In this document: positions 17,980-27,764 of the stretch, piece by piece
How the letters are laid out: each line of letters begins with the position of its first letter
How positions within the stretch are numbered: position 1 is the stretch's first letter
IMG/VR virus record: IMGVR_UViG_3300033067_002133
Coordinates: 1 to 58,786 of that record
DNA length: 58,786 bases
DNA from: a virus
Taxonomy: Duplodnaviria; Caudoviricetes
Direction: 5' to 3' (one strand)
Made by a program: the position numbers and the translations under genes
The notes under the pieces: model-generated
Databases searched by the model: none
Told to the model about the DNA's origin: nothing
Seen by the model: only the letters and a program-made list of their open reading frames with translations

Positions 17980-19551
17980 CTATCTGGAAAATTTTACACC
18001 TTTTCCCATTTCGCCCTTGATGATCAAAGGCGTCATTTTCATGCCCTCTCCGGTCCTATCGGTATGAATCATGTATCGTAGAGCATCAACGCTATCATCA
18101 TCAAATTTGAGTGGAACAGGCCTTGCCGATCGCGGGTTGAGCCCTCTTTGGCTACTTTTCTCCCATCGGTAAGTTGACATTTGCCTGGCAAGCTTTGGAC
18201 ATCTATTTCGGTCGATAATGATTCCTGGGGTGTCTGTTCTTGGGTCTTTTCGCAAAACTTTTCGGACACTTTCAATCCCCTCATAAACCGCATTGTTCGC
18301 AGCCGTCATGTAAATTCCAAACGATGCAAACTCACGAAACAAGTCCGGCCGACTTGGATCTCCATAAGTCTGCAAGTGGTATCCGTCCTGCTCCCAGGTC
18401 TTACGCCTTTTGATTTCTGCCGCGTGATCTTTCCATAGATAGGTTTGGCTGTTTGACCAGTATTCGTCAAAAATGTACCAAATACCAGTAGCATCCTTGA
18501 ACCCCCAAAGACAAACGAATGGATGTTCCTCGCTGGAGCCCCAGTCGATCGACCGTTTGAAGAAAACGTAATCAGGAATCACAATCGAGTCGACCAAATG
18601 GACCTTCGGTGAAAATGTTTTGTAAACAACACCTTCGTATGTTGCAAAAACACCTTTTTTCCGAGTCTCCATCATCTCGTCGCTGACGCCGGCAAAAAAC
18701 GTGTCGTACCACGCCTTATCGACATGGCCTGCGTTCATGGCCGATTCAGTATTCAGGTGATAGAACGACCAATTCCTAAACCGCTCGTCTCCAACGGTCC
18801 AGTGTTGATAGATCTCCTGCAACCGGATCGCCTTCTCTGGATCGATAGGCGTTTGCTCGCAGATGATACTCCCTGGGAATGCACATTCACGAACACCGCG
18901 AAGAACTTCCTCAAACACATCGTAAGGAAACTGTTCTGTGAACCAAGCGCCGCCGATCGCCGCGGCCTGCATTAGCTCGCGTCCCTGCTCGTAACTCTTG
19001 AATTCGATAATCCAGTTTTTGTCTGTGCCTGGCTTTTGCGGGTGAAGTGGAACGGAGAATGGCCATTGGCGATTTGTGTTGTACCAACTGATCCGGTCTG
19101 TATCGACCCATTCTGCTGGAAGTATGTTTTTCAGCTTTTGAAACCATGCTGTCGAACAAACTTGCTCGTAAGTATTGGAGATGATCCAAAAAGGCGTGTC
19201 TTTGAATGGCGGTGGCGTCGTTCGCAGAAACTCCGCTACTTTTTGTGCCGCGACAAACGTTTTTCCAGATCCATTGCCTCCTATGGCAATTGAAACCAGC
19301 TTGTTTGATTCATAGAAGCCGGTTTGTTCATCGCCTTGACTGATCTTGTCCGGCCGCGGCTCGAAGCTGTCAAAAGGGTGATTGAACAATCGATCGACAT
19401 AAGCGTTGATCGTTTTGTCATTTAGCTTTTCAAGATCCTTGAGAATTCGAGGGTTGTCGGCAATATCTTGGCGCAACTGCTTTCTGTCGCGCCAAGTCTT
19501 AGCACCGACTAATCGATTGAGCCATTGTTTTACCGCGCTAACTTTCTTCAT
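17980..19551 (-). CDS. terL: terminase large subunit
   Basis: Walker A GGNGSGKT; FKSYEQG; nuclease IDWG, YGDPS, DDSVDALRY. Confidence 0.92.
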   Translation of the reverse strand: MKKVSAVKQWLNRLVGAKTWRDRKQLRQDIADNPRILKDLEKLNDKTINAYVDRLFNHPFDSFEPRPDKISQGDEQTGFYESNKLVSIAIGGNGSGKTFVAAQKVAEFLRTTPPPFKDTPFWIISNTYEQVCSTAWFQKLKNILPAEWVDTDRISWYNTNRQWPFSVPLHPQKPGTDKNWIIEFKSYEQGRELMQAAAIGGAWFTEQFPYDVFEEVLRGVRECAFPGSIICEQTPIDPEKAIRLQEIYQHWTVGDERFRNWSFYHLNTESAMNAGHVDKAWYDTFFAGVSDEMMETRKKGVFATYEGVVYKTFSPKVHLVDSIVIPDYVFFKRSIDWGSSEEHPFVCLWGFKDATGIWYIFDEYWSNSQTYLWKDHAAEIKRRKTWEQDGYHLQTYGDPSRPDLFREFASFGIYMTAANNAVYEGIESVRKVLRKDPRTDTPGIIIDRNRCPKLARQMSTYRWEKSSQRGLNPRSARPVPLKFDDDSVDALRYMIHTDRTGEGMKMTPLIIKGEMGKGVKFSR

Positions 19552-20143
19552 TCGTGATTCGCAATTTGTTTCGCTTTAGTGTTTCTTGCAAACCAGAATA
19601 AAGCGCCTCCGCGCCTTGTGCGGCAGCGTTGATGGTGATGTTATTCACCGTCTTTTGTTGCTTCTTGGTTTTGTATTTCGGGTTGTTAGCCTTCAATACA
19701 GTCGCCAACAAGTAATCGCTGCCTTCCAAGGCGCGTTGGATCGCTATTTCTTCCAAAAAAGCAAAGCCAATACGCATTGCTGCATTACTGGCCTTGAGAA
19801 ACTTCGTGCTTGACTGTCGCCATTTGTAGACTTTTTTTACATCTACGCCGGCAATCGATGCAGCCTTGGTTATCGATGGGAAATGCTGCAATACTTTAAT
19901 GACTGCTTTCTGCTCCTGAGTTAAAGCGAAAAACTCCGCTTTCCTCTGGTCAGACTTGTGCATCTTGCTACGGTAATTGCGTCCAAAAGAATTCACGATC
20001 TCGACATCGGATTGTAAGCTCTCCGATTCGGACTCGATAAACGGTTGTGTCGATTCCTCCTGGTCCGAATTCAAGTTCGGAGATGGGATTTCCTCCGGCT
20101 GATTCGTATCCTTCGATGATTCCGACTTGTCGTTCAAATCCAT
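19538..20143 (-). CDS. terS: terminase small subunit
   Basis: HTH SITKAASIAGVDVKKVYKW; LEEIAIQRA..GSDYLL..LKA..P.Y; overlaps terL start. Confidence 0.75.
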   Translation of the reverse strand: MDLNDKSESSKDTNQPEEIPSPNLNSDQEESTQPFIESESESLQSDVEIVNSFGRNYRSKMHKSDQRKAEFFALTQEQKAVIKVLQHFPSITKAASIAGVDVKKVYKWRQSSTKFLKASNAAMRIGFAFLEEIAIQRALEGSDYLLATVLKANNPKYKTKKQQKTVNNITINAAAQGAEALYSGLQETLKRNKLRITNEES

Positions 20144-20206
20144 TGCTTACCTCAGCATGACTCCCGATCGAACGGGCTCCAGCCATTAATGCGAAACGAT
20201 AAACCA

Positions 20207-21184
20207 TTATTGCACCGCTTCTTGTTCTTGCAAAAATTTCGTGACCCGCTTGATCAAATTCTTTGGAGCGATCTCAGAATTGAAAGCAATTCCCAGTGAA
20301 GTTGCATACTCCTTCAACTCTTTGGCTGTCATGGTATTCAATCGAGCCACAATCGGATCGTCGCCTTCGATTTCAGCCGTGGATTCTTCGTCCTCCACAA
20401 CTGGAATTTCTTCAGGGATCTCGAAAGTCTTCTTCACTTCCTGGTTTTTGTTTTTGGCAAACTTGGCAAGCGATTCGTACTCTTTCTGGGCGTCGGCAAT
20501 GGTAACGCCCTTCATCTCGGCAGCTTGACGAACATCTACGTCTTGCTGGTATAACTCCAGCCAAGACTCGTGGCATGGCTTGAAAGTCTCCTCGGCCTCG
20601 CTTTCCATTTCGTCGTTGTAGAACGCATCAAGCGCTTTGTTAAACGCTTTCTGACGCTTCTGCCGATCAAGCTCTCGCGGGTGAACCCAGTTATCTGGAA
20701 TTACAGACCCAGGCTGTCGAAGCTCTTGATCGACTTTGTGGCGCTGTGGAATTCCGTTTGCGCCAACCAAGCCATAGATCTCGGCAATCTGCTCATACGG
20801 CACTTCGTTCTTGGCAAGCATTTGCATCGACTCGACAACGACCGGTGTGGTGATGATACGATCAAACACATCCAACTCGTAAAACAAACCGCCGATCTCG
20901 CGCCAAAATAGATCCGATGGCGAAACCGTGTCTTCTTCGTCGAAAGCCTGCTTAGCTTTCAATAGCTTATCGATGGCCAGTGTGAAGTTTTGACCCAGGA
21001 ATGTCGGGTGGCCGGTATCGTTCAGTTCGACGATTTCTTCGATGATGTCCCAAAGCTTAACTGGTGGTATGTCCTGCGACCCAGAATTGATCCATTGAGA
21101 ATGAACCTCTCGCAACCGTTTTGTTGCTTCGTACATTTGAACGCTAACACGATCGCAAACGTGTTCTTTTTGAGCTACGGACAT
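20207..21184 (-). CDS. hypothetical protein with C-terminal HeH/Rho-N-like motif
   Basis: LNTMTAKELKEYATSLGI...LIKRV; AGGAG RBS. Confidence 0.7.
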   Translation of the reverse strand: MSVAQKEHVCDRVSVQMYEATKRLREVHSQWINSGSQDIPPVKLWDIIEEIVELNDTGHPTFLGQNFTLAIDKLLKAKQAFDEEDTVSPSDLFWREIGGLFYELDVFDRIITTPVVVESMQMLAKNEVPYEQIAEIYGLVGANGIPQRHKVDQELRQPGSVIPDNWVHPRELDRQKRQKAFNKALDAFYNDEMESEAEETFKPCHESWLELYQQDVDVRQAAEMKGVTIADAQKEYESLAKFAKNKNQEVKKTFEIPEEIPVVEDEESTAEIEGDDPIVARLNTMTAKELKEYATSLGIAFNSEIAPKNLIKRVTKFLQEQEAVQ

Positions 21185-21196
21185 AACCTTCTCCTT

Positions 21197-21436
21197 TTAG
21201 CTTTTCTTGCTCTTGTCGTTCCGCAAACCAATTGCGGTTTTAACGAACTTACCAGGATCGTCAACAAACTCCTTCTTCAGCGCCGAGGCCTCCATCGGAG
21301 TGAGCGACACAACATTTGTCTCTAACGGCATCGTCAAAATAGCCGTAGTCGACGCTCCAGTTTCGGTATATAGCATAATAACCGCTGGACCATCAACTAC
21401 AATCGCACCGCTATTTTTGACTTTGCGTGTTAGCAT
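21197..21436 (-). CDS. small hypothetical protein
   Basis: 79 aa, TAATG coupling to upstream gene. Confidence 0.6.
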   Translation of the reverse strand: MLTRKVKNSGAIVVDGPAVIMLYTETGASTTAILTMPLETNVVSLTPMEASALKKEFVDDPGKFVKTAIGLRNDKSKKS

Positions 21437-21708
21437 TAGTTTTCAACAGTCACCGACACTTCAGTTGTCGCGCTGGCGCCAATGATCTCAAAGTTCAGAT
21501 CGCCATACATCGGCGGGTAGGCATAAACACCAGCACCCGACAAAACATCCACATTTTGCGGCCGAGCGGCGCCCACTGGAGATAGCTGCATTTGAATCTT
21601 TGCGTCACCCAATGTCCCTTCGACATAAACTGTGAACGCATCCGACACTGTTTGAACTGTACTCGAACCGTTGGCTGTATCGTCAGTAAAATGAGATGTT
21701 TGTGCCAT
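21436..21708 (-). CDS. small beta-rich putative virion protein
   Basis: 90 aa, T/S/G/V-rich, follows the tail spike gene. Confidence 0.6.
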   Translation of the reverse strand: MAQTSHFTDDTANGSSTVQTVSDAFTVYVEGTLGDAKIQMQLSPVGAARPQNVDVLSGAGVYAYPPMYGDLNFEIIGASATTEVSVTVEN

Positions 21709-21717
21709 GATAAAACC

Positions 21718-24700
21718 CTACTTCCTTAAAATTGGCCGATATGGACTACTAGCGAAAAACGTTTTTCTTGAACGAGAGTTTAACGGATGATACGCTATTG
21801 AGATATCTTTTTCTTCTGGCCAATAAAACAATCCGAGCAATTTAATGTCTTGGACGTAGCTGAAATTGTAATCTCCGATCTGAATCGATGTTGGAGAAAA
21901 CTCGCCAACAGTAGTATCCGTCGCAAAACCGGATTGCTTTCCAGATCGCGCGTAACAGTCCACATTGACACCATCACACGAAACAAAAACCTCCACGACA
22001 TCACCGTAATCAATTGCATCCACGGTAACGTCAACATTATCAGTAACACCAGCAATAGTCACTGCAAACCGAACCGTGGTAACTGCGGTCAAGCTGATTT
22101 TGACCATGTTGGTTGCATTTTCAACGATCGTGCAAAATACGCGAGAATACCCGTTTGTCGCGTCAACAACACCTTTGCAACTTTCTGGATAAACAAACAC
22201 CGCACTGACGGACCACTGGGCCGACGATTCTAGGCTAAAATACAATTGCTCATCTGGGTTATTTTCGATCGAGCCCGCACGAATTGGATAAGAAACGCTG
22301 TCTTTGTCGGCAACACCTACAAACGCGACTAAAACGTTGTTGCTTGGGTAGTTATTCGAACTCGACGCACCGATATACCCAACCCACCTTGCTGCGCTAG
22401 CCTGGCGACTTGTCGGATCGGCAATTTCACTGCAATCAATCCAACCCTGATTATCGGATGTCAAAACTCCTTTTTCGGTATCCACAAAACCAGTCGTTCC
22501 GCACTGCGCCGTCAAGGAAAATCCCTGGCCCAATGTAACTTCCAATCCTGGGCTTTTTGCCATATTGAAAGCGTAAACATTGAATGCGATGTTTTTCGTG
22601 CTGTCGCAAACCGCGGAGCTTAGCGTGTAACCTCCCGCACCCCTGCCTCCTGTAGTTGAAAATTGACGAAACAATGTTCCTTCCGGAAACACACTGGCTG
22701 GCGGTTGAGGATCTAGGGCTCCATCACCAGAAACGTATCTCCATGTTGTGGTTTCCGAATCCCAGTAAACTGCCTGAACAGTAACGCCGGCCGTTGGCGC
22801 CGCGATCTGCGTTAATTGGTCAAGAATATTTCTTCCACCTGGCCGAATACAAACCGGCCTAACCGCCGATATCGAAGGTATTCTTGCAACCTCGACATTG
22901 CCGGAATTAGACCTTAAAAATCGAGAATGATCATAAAAGAAAATCGACCCCTCGTGCTTAGCCCAAACAACGCCATTTGACGAATAAAACGGACTAACAA
23001 TTCGTTTTGTGCCAAGCATGTATCCACGCAACTCATTTGCGCCATCGTAAGTCGTCCCTGACAGACTGTTTTTGATCTGCTCTGCGAGAGTTTGAACCAA
23101 CAAGCAGTTATTGATTGCATCCCACGTGTACAAACCAACAGCCGGTGATGATTCATCTCCAGCCGCAATGTGCGTTCCAAAAACCGCACCAGGCATAGCG
23201 CAAACAGGCTGCGGCGCCGTTCGGTACACTGTGTTGACATCCGAATATCCGCCATAGACTTCATGGGTATCAATCGCTGCGTTTTGGTAATCCGATAAAT
23301 CCAGCAAGTGAATCCATGATCTGTTTCGGTAATCTACGTCTCCACTGTGGCTGATCAAGCCTTCAGGACATACGGCGCCAGTGTGCATGTGGGTTCCATT
23401 GCCTGATGCTCCAACCTCCCAAAATTGGTAAATCTCCCTGACGTTTTGGACGGTCCATTGATCTCCGATTGCCGAGCGAGTCATTCGAAACAGAAATAAC
23501 TGACCACCTTGCGGTGAACTGGTTTTTGCAATGTAGTCAGCGACGGGGATAAATACGTCTGTATTTTCACTGCCAACAGAATACGGGTATGCTCCAGAAA
23601 TCGAATAACGATGCCCTCGTTCTTTCCCAGATGAAACATCTCCAGAGATGATCGGAAGATCGCCACCACCAACCGCTTCAATCCGCTCAAATGTCAATCC
23701 ACAATCTTGACTTATTGCCAACCCTACGCCTTTGATGACACCAGAAACAAGGCGCTCGCACTGCATGATGATCGCGCCGTTGTAAATGAACACTCCAGGC
23801 GTTGGCTTGTAGGTTGTCGTTCCCAAATCGCCGTCCATGATGTCGTCTGTAGCCCACGATCGAACAATCGTAGTGCCACGCAAGAAATACCATGTATTGC
23901 TGGATGAACGATACCAAACCGACAACGGTGTATGACCATCGTGATCAACACCAGACGATCGAAAAGCTGCATCGGTCCCTGGAATGGCCATCAACACTTC
24001 CCATTCCAGCGCAGGCATGTATGCGATCTCTTTACCGAATCTGACTTGATTCCGGCTAACCGCAACGCCTTTTTCGTCGATGGTTGAAACGTCACGACTG
24101 AAAACGAACGGAACATTGACGTTTCGTATGCTGTTCGAGACTGCTGCTGCCGATGATCCCGCGGCCGACTTAATCCCGATAGTAATTCCTATCCATTGCT
24201 CCGACGCGGACATCGACCAACTCACAGTTCCGGTCGAACCAGCGACATCTTGCACTTTGTAGGAAATTCCTTGCTCAGCGCTAGCGGCTCCCGTTCCAGA
24301 TTGGTGATTCAAAACTGGAGTCCAGCCTGTTGGGTTAACAATCGTCACTCCACCAGCATTGTCATTCGTATGCAACTTCAGAACGAGAACATCGTCCTCT
24401 GTCGTCGAATAAGAGGACGTATCACTTCCATTGCTCGTGGCGTTTGCAGTGTTGAATCCGTCAATCGGACTTGCTGAAACGTTGGCGCCATCAATTGCAA
24501 TTATTGACGCGACCACGCGACCACCGCCCGTCCAGGGAAACGTGTAGCTTGACGGCTCAGATCCAGCGTCAGTAACCACCTTAAACCAAGTCGCCGCGTG
24601 CGCTGGGTTCAAATCGACATTCGTTATCAATGTCCAACCAGATGGAGGCGTTCCCCAAGTGATCGTCGCAACCGCTCTAATGAGCGATACTGTCGCAATC

Positions 24701-24804
24701 ATCACTGTTCCGTTTTGAACATAGGGTGGCTTGTCAACAGTAGCCGAAACCGCTGTCGTGCCGTTGTCGATCCATGTTTTTATGGCTACTGGAGATGCTG
24801 GCAT
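21718..24804 (-). CDS. putative tail spike / receptor-binding protein (Asp-box, lectin-like C-terminus)
   Basis: 1028 aa, beta-rich; Asp-box SQDCGLTF; in fibre cluster. Confidence 0.65.
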   Translation of the reverse strand: MPASPVAIKTWIDNGTTAVSATVDKPPYVQNGTVMIATVSLIRAVATITWGTPPSGWTLITNVDLNPAHAATWFKVVTDAGSEPSSYTFPWTGGGRVVASIIAIDGANVSASPIDGFNTANATSNGSDTSSYSTTEDDVLVLKLHTNDNAGGVTIVNPTGWTPVLNHQSGTGAASAEQGISYKVQDVAGSTGTVSWSMSASEQWIGITIGIKSAAGSSAAAVSNSIRNVNVPFVFSRDVSTIDEKGVAVSRNQVRFGKEIAYMPALEWEVLMAIPGTDAAFRSSGVDHDGHTPLSVWYRSSSNTWYFLRGTTIVRSWATDDIMDGDLGTTTYKPTPGVFIYNGAIIMQCERLVSGVIKGVGLAISQDCGLTFERIEAVGGGDLPIISGDVSSGKERGHRYSISGAYPYSVGSENTDVFIPVADYIAKTSSPQGGQLFLFRMTRSAIGDQWTVQNVREIYQFWEVGASGNGTHMHTGAVCPEGLISHSGDVDYRNRSWIHLLDLSDYQNAAIDTHEVYGGYSDVNTVYRTAPQPVCAMPGAVFGTHIAAGDESSPAVGLYTWDAINNCLLVQTLAEQIKNSLSGTTYDGANELRGYMLGTKRIVSPFYSSNGVVWAKHEGSIFFYDHSRFLRSNSGNVEVARIPSISAVRPVCIRPGGRNILDQLTQIAAPTAGVTVQAVYWDSETTTWRYVSGDGALDPQPPASVFPEGTLFRQFSTTGGRGAGGYTLSSAVCDSTKNIAFNVYAFNMAKSPGLEVTLGQGFSLTAQCGTTGFVDTEKGVLTSDNQGWIDCSEIADPTSRQASAARWVGYIGASSSNNYPSNNVLVAFVGVADKDSVSYPIRAGSIENNPDEQLYFSLESSAQWSVSAVFVYPESCKGVVDATNGYSRVFCTIVENATNMVKISLTAVTTVRFAVTIAGVTDNVDVTVDAIDYGDVVEVFVSCDGVNVDCYARSGKQSGFATDTTVGEFSPTSIQIGDYNFSYVQDIKLLGLFYWPEEKDISIAYHPLNSRSRKTFFASSPYRPILRK

Positions 24805-24805
24805 G

Positions 24806-25672
24806 TTAAATCACTTCCATTCTTAAACCGTGTAAGCCTTGCTGGATCGAAACCCCTTGTCCAGCGTCTTTTATTAGTTGCGAAAACGACCATCGCTTTG
24901 CAACTTTAGACGGAACTAAACCGTCATTGAATTTGACCAATGTTCCTGCCGATCCACCACTTACCAACGCAAATTCACCGGGGATCTCAGACGTTTGAGA
25001 ATCGATCTTCAGCATGTTAACCACGACCAGGCAGTTATTTCGCCCTTGATCTCCAAGCTTTACCAGGCATCGATCTTTAATGGTTGTCCAGATACCAGAA
25101 ACGTAGACGATCCCGCCATACTGCAAATCTAAACCACATTCACAAAGCAGTGTATGAGGGCTATCGATGACATGCCCCATACTTTGGTCGTTTCTGGTTG
25201 ACAATATGGATCTTGCGAATTGCAATCGCGGCCGAATGATAGCAATTTGATCGCAATGACCATCAAACTTCGTTTCGCCGGCAATGACAAAATCATAACC
25301 CCTTGCGTGGTCTGCGCACGTCACACTAATGTCTTCGATGACCGCTTTTCCATCCGCAAATTTAGGCTGATCTACAAACTGAAAAACGCCATTTACTGGT
25401 GACGCCAAATGAATATGAAATCCACCAATATTGAGTCCAGATCCCATTGATCGGAACATCGGTTTATCAGGCGGTCCATTCCAGATCATCTCAACCGTCG
25501 CTGACGGCTTGGCGCGACCCATCATTGATGATGCACCAGTCATTTTCAGCCCGTTAATTTTTCCGATGTCGATTGTGTCAGTAACCACAATTGGACCACC
25601 AACAAGCTGTACTGGAGATCGCGTAAGCTCCGCCTCTTTGATCGCCGCGCTCAAATCCGATTGATTAAACAT
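24806..25672 (-). CDS. putative pectin-lyase-fold (beta-helix) protein
   Basis: L.AAI..A...V.L.GG...VTDTI.I....GLK.TG opening typical of beta-helix enzymes. Confidence 0.55.
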   Translation of the reverse strand: MFNQSDLSAAIKEAELTRSPVQLVGGPIVVTDTIDIGKINGLKMTGASSMMGRAKPSATVEMIWNGPPDKPMFRSMGSGLNIGGFHIHLASPVNGVFQFVDQPKFADGKAVIEDISVTCADHARGYDFVIAGETKFDGHCDQIAIIRPRLQFARSILSTRNDQSMGHVIDSPHTLLCECGLDLQYGGIVYVSGIWTTIKDRCLVKLGDQGRNNCLVVVNMLKIDSQTSEIPGEFALVSGGSAGTLVKFNDGLVPSKVAKRWSFSQLIKDAGQGVSIQQGLHGLRMEVI

Positions 25673-25684
25673 GAAATCTCCAAA

Positions 25685-26962
25685 TCAAAACGATATTGTT
25701 GTGAATTCGCCACCACCAGACGGCGCCGATGGATTATCAATTAGTTTTATCTGCGCCTCGATTGTCATCGGATTGAACATATGGTTTATTTGCGTGTTGC
25801 TCTGCTCTCGCAAAAACGGATCGTTTTTATTGAACACTGCAATTCCTTCACCTTCATGCAGTCTAACCCTAAACCCGTCCTTTTGATCCAAGAGCGGTAC
25901 AGCAACGCTACTCAGGTTGTTAGTAGTGTTGCTTGTTCCACCGGCAGTACGAGACAGTCTTGTATGCTTCCACCATGCCAACAACTCACGGCTACACCAA
26001 CCTGGGCTAGGTCGTCTATCTGGAGTATGTTGCGTTACTTGGCACTCCTGACGCAAGATAATGCCAGACGGAATATCATCGGCATCCGAATCAAGTTTTA
26101 CCGCACTGACCTGACTTCCTTCGTTCAATCCAATAATCGGCTCAACGGTAATGTAAGGAATTATTTGCATGCCAGTATTCGACAACGCCATTGCAATGGG
26201 CAAACAAAAATGAAGATCATTTACTTCAACAACATCACTGATAGTGTTGTTTTCAATAGCGAACACAAGTGCCCACGGATTCACGGTTAAATCCTGCGCT
26301 GTTCGTCCACAAAAAGCACGAAACGCATAAGACTCGCCTGAAATAGTTATAGTGCCAGTAACGTCCATAGGTACTGCATAGGCAATGCTAGTATTGACAT
26401 TCTCTACTGACAGTCCAACCCGTTCACCCGGCCTTAGTGTAAATCTTTGAGACGATGACCTTGCTTTGAAAAATTGGGATGGTGACGCAATGCTCCCGAA
26501 TCCAGGCGTTACGAATATTTGCGTATCAAGCAAACGAGTATTTCGCGTGACCAAGCTCGAACGCATCACTGGTTCAGATGTCGGCAAACTTGGACCCCAA
26601 CATTCACCAACAAACACATCTGCTGGAAATGCAGAGTTATCACTGTCAAGGGCAGTTATCTGTGCTGGTTTGCGCTGCACGACAGACGACGGCACAACCA
26701 TTCGAACAACTGGAAAAATTGTGGACGAGATTGTTGGATAATCTGGCAACCATTTTAACGACTGTATTTCAATGATTTTTTCTGACCCAACTTCATTGAA
26801 AATAGCCAAATATGCATCGCTGCTAATTTGAGGAACATCAAAACCGCTAAGCCTCGACGCGCTAGCTGCGGCCCCGCTAAGAAATACTTGCGGTTGACCA
26901 GCATCCGATCGTGCTATCTGCTGCGTTAATTCGCCGAAAATTTCAACAAACAATTGATACAT
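25685..26962 (-). CDS. putative tail-associated protein with two internal repeats (start moved to ATG 26962)
   Basis: AAGGA RBS; two copies of AI.N..LDSD..L..GE. Confidence 0.6.
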   Translation of the reverse strand: MYQLFVEIFGELTQQIARSDAGQPQVFLSGAAASASRLSGFDVPQISSDAYLAIFNEVGSEKIIEIQSLKWLPDYPTISSTIFPVVRMVVPSSVVQRKPAQITALDSDNSAFPADVFVGECWGPSLPTSEPVMRSSLVTRNTRLLDTQIFVTPGFGSIASPSQFFKARSSSQRFTLRPGERVGLSVENVNTSIAYAVPMDVTGTITISGESYAFRAFCGRTAQDLTVNPWALVFAIENNTISDVVEVNDLHFCLPIAMALSNTGMQIIPYITVEPIIGLNEGSQVSAVKLDSDADDIPSGIILRQECQVTQHTPDRRPSPGWCSRELLAWWKHTRLSRTAGGTSNTTNNLSSVAVPLLDQKDGFRVRLHEGEGIAVFNKNDPFLREQSNTQINHMFNPMTIEAQIKLIDNPSAPSGGGEFTTISF

Positions 26963-26963
26963 G

Positions 26964-27494
26964 CTATTCCTTAGTGAACTCCATCCACGTATCAAGTAAT
27001 CCTGCTGCTCCAGACACGTTGTACACCATCGCCATCTGGTTGCCACCACTGCCACGCAGCGTTAATGGCTGGACATTAGAGTCTCCATAACCAGCATCCC
27101 AAATAATATTGAGCGGAACGAATGTCTCAAATTCATCTTGAGTATTACCAGTGATAGCAGCTTCGTCAGACGACCAAAAAATTCGCCTTAACGTCAATGG
27201 GGTTCCGGCAATAGTTCCAGCATGACCGTAAGTTGCCGTGGTAGGTGGTGTATTTGTAGAATCATGTGCAATCGGCGTGATCGTTGTTGGAGCCGTCAAA
27301 CCAGGCGAGCCACCTTGGAAGACTCTTAGTTCAATCGCACACTGAACACCAGTAACAGCGGCAGTTTGCGCATTCAAAAGTCCTACACGACGAATCTTCA
27401 AAATTTCCGTCGCGTGACCATTGATAATTGCAGCCATATTTTTGGTTGCAGCAAAAGCAATACCGTTATAGTACGCTGTAAATGTTTCGGCCAT
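26964..27494 (-). CDS. putative tail-associated protein, single-domain paralogue of the downstream gene
   Basis: AIINGH..ILKIRRV..HDS..PLTLRG. Confidence 0.6.
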   Translation of the reverse strand: MAETFTAYYNGIAFAATKNMAAIINGHATEILKIRRVGLLNAQTAAVTGVQCAIELRVFQGGSPGLTAPTTITPIAHDSTNTPPTTATYGHAGTIAGTPLTLRRIFWSSDEAAITGNTQDEFETFVPLNIIWDAGYGDSNVQPLTLRGSGGNQMAMVYNVSGAAGLLDTWMEFTKE

Positions 27495-27500
27495 CGAAAT

Positions 27501-27764
27501 CTACCTTTGATATAAAACTTTTTCTTCGTCTTGAAAACGACTAACGATATTTTGCTGGACACAAGCCCAACCTTTTTCTATCAAAATACCGATTGCCAAT
27601 TTGCCCTGTTCTTTTCGATCGCCGGGCGGCATGCCTCGAACACGATCAGTCTGCGATTTAATTGTGAAATCAACAACTCGCTGAAGTTCCATTGGTGACA
27701 GCGCTTGCGGAACATCGCAAATCCAACCGCGCATCGCATCGAAGTGCATCCGAACCTTGTTCAT
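27501..27764 (-). CDS. hypothetical protein
   Basis: 87 aa, TAATG coupling. Confidence 0.65.
   Translation of the reverse strand: MNKVRMHFDAMRGWICDVPQALSPMELQRVVDFTIKSQTDRVRGMPPGDRKEQGKLAIGILIEKGWACVQQNIVSRFQDEEKVLYQR

Noticed and set aside
21197-21436. Second CsrA-like gene (MLTRK...)
   Set aside because: Lacks the GxxAP and RxE motifs; similarity too weak.
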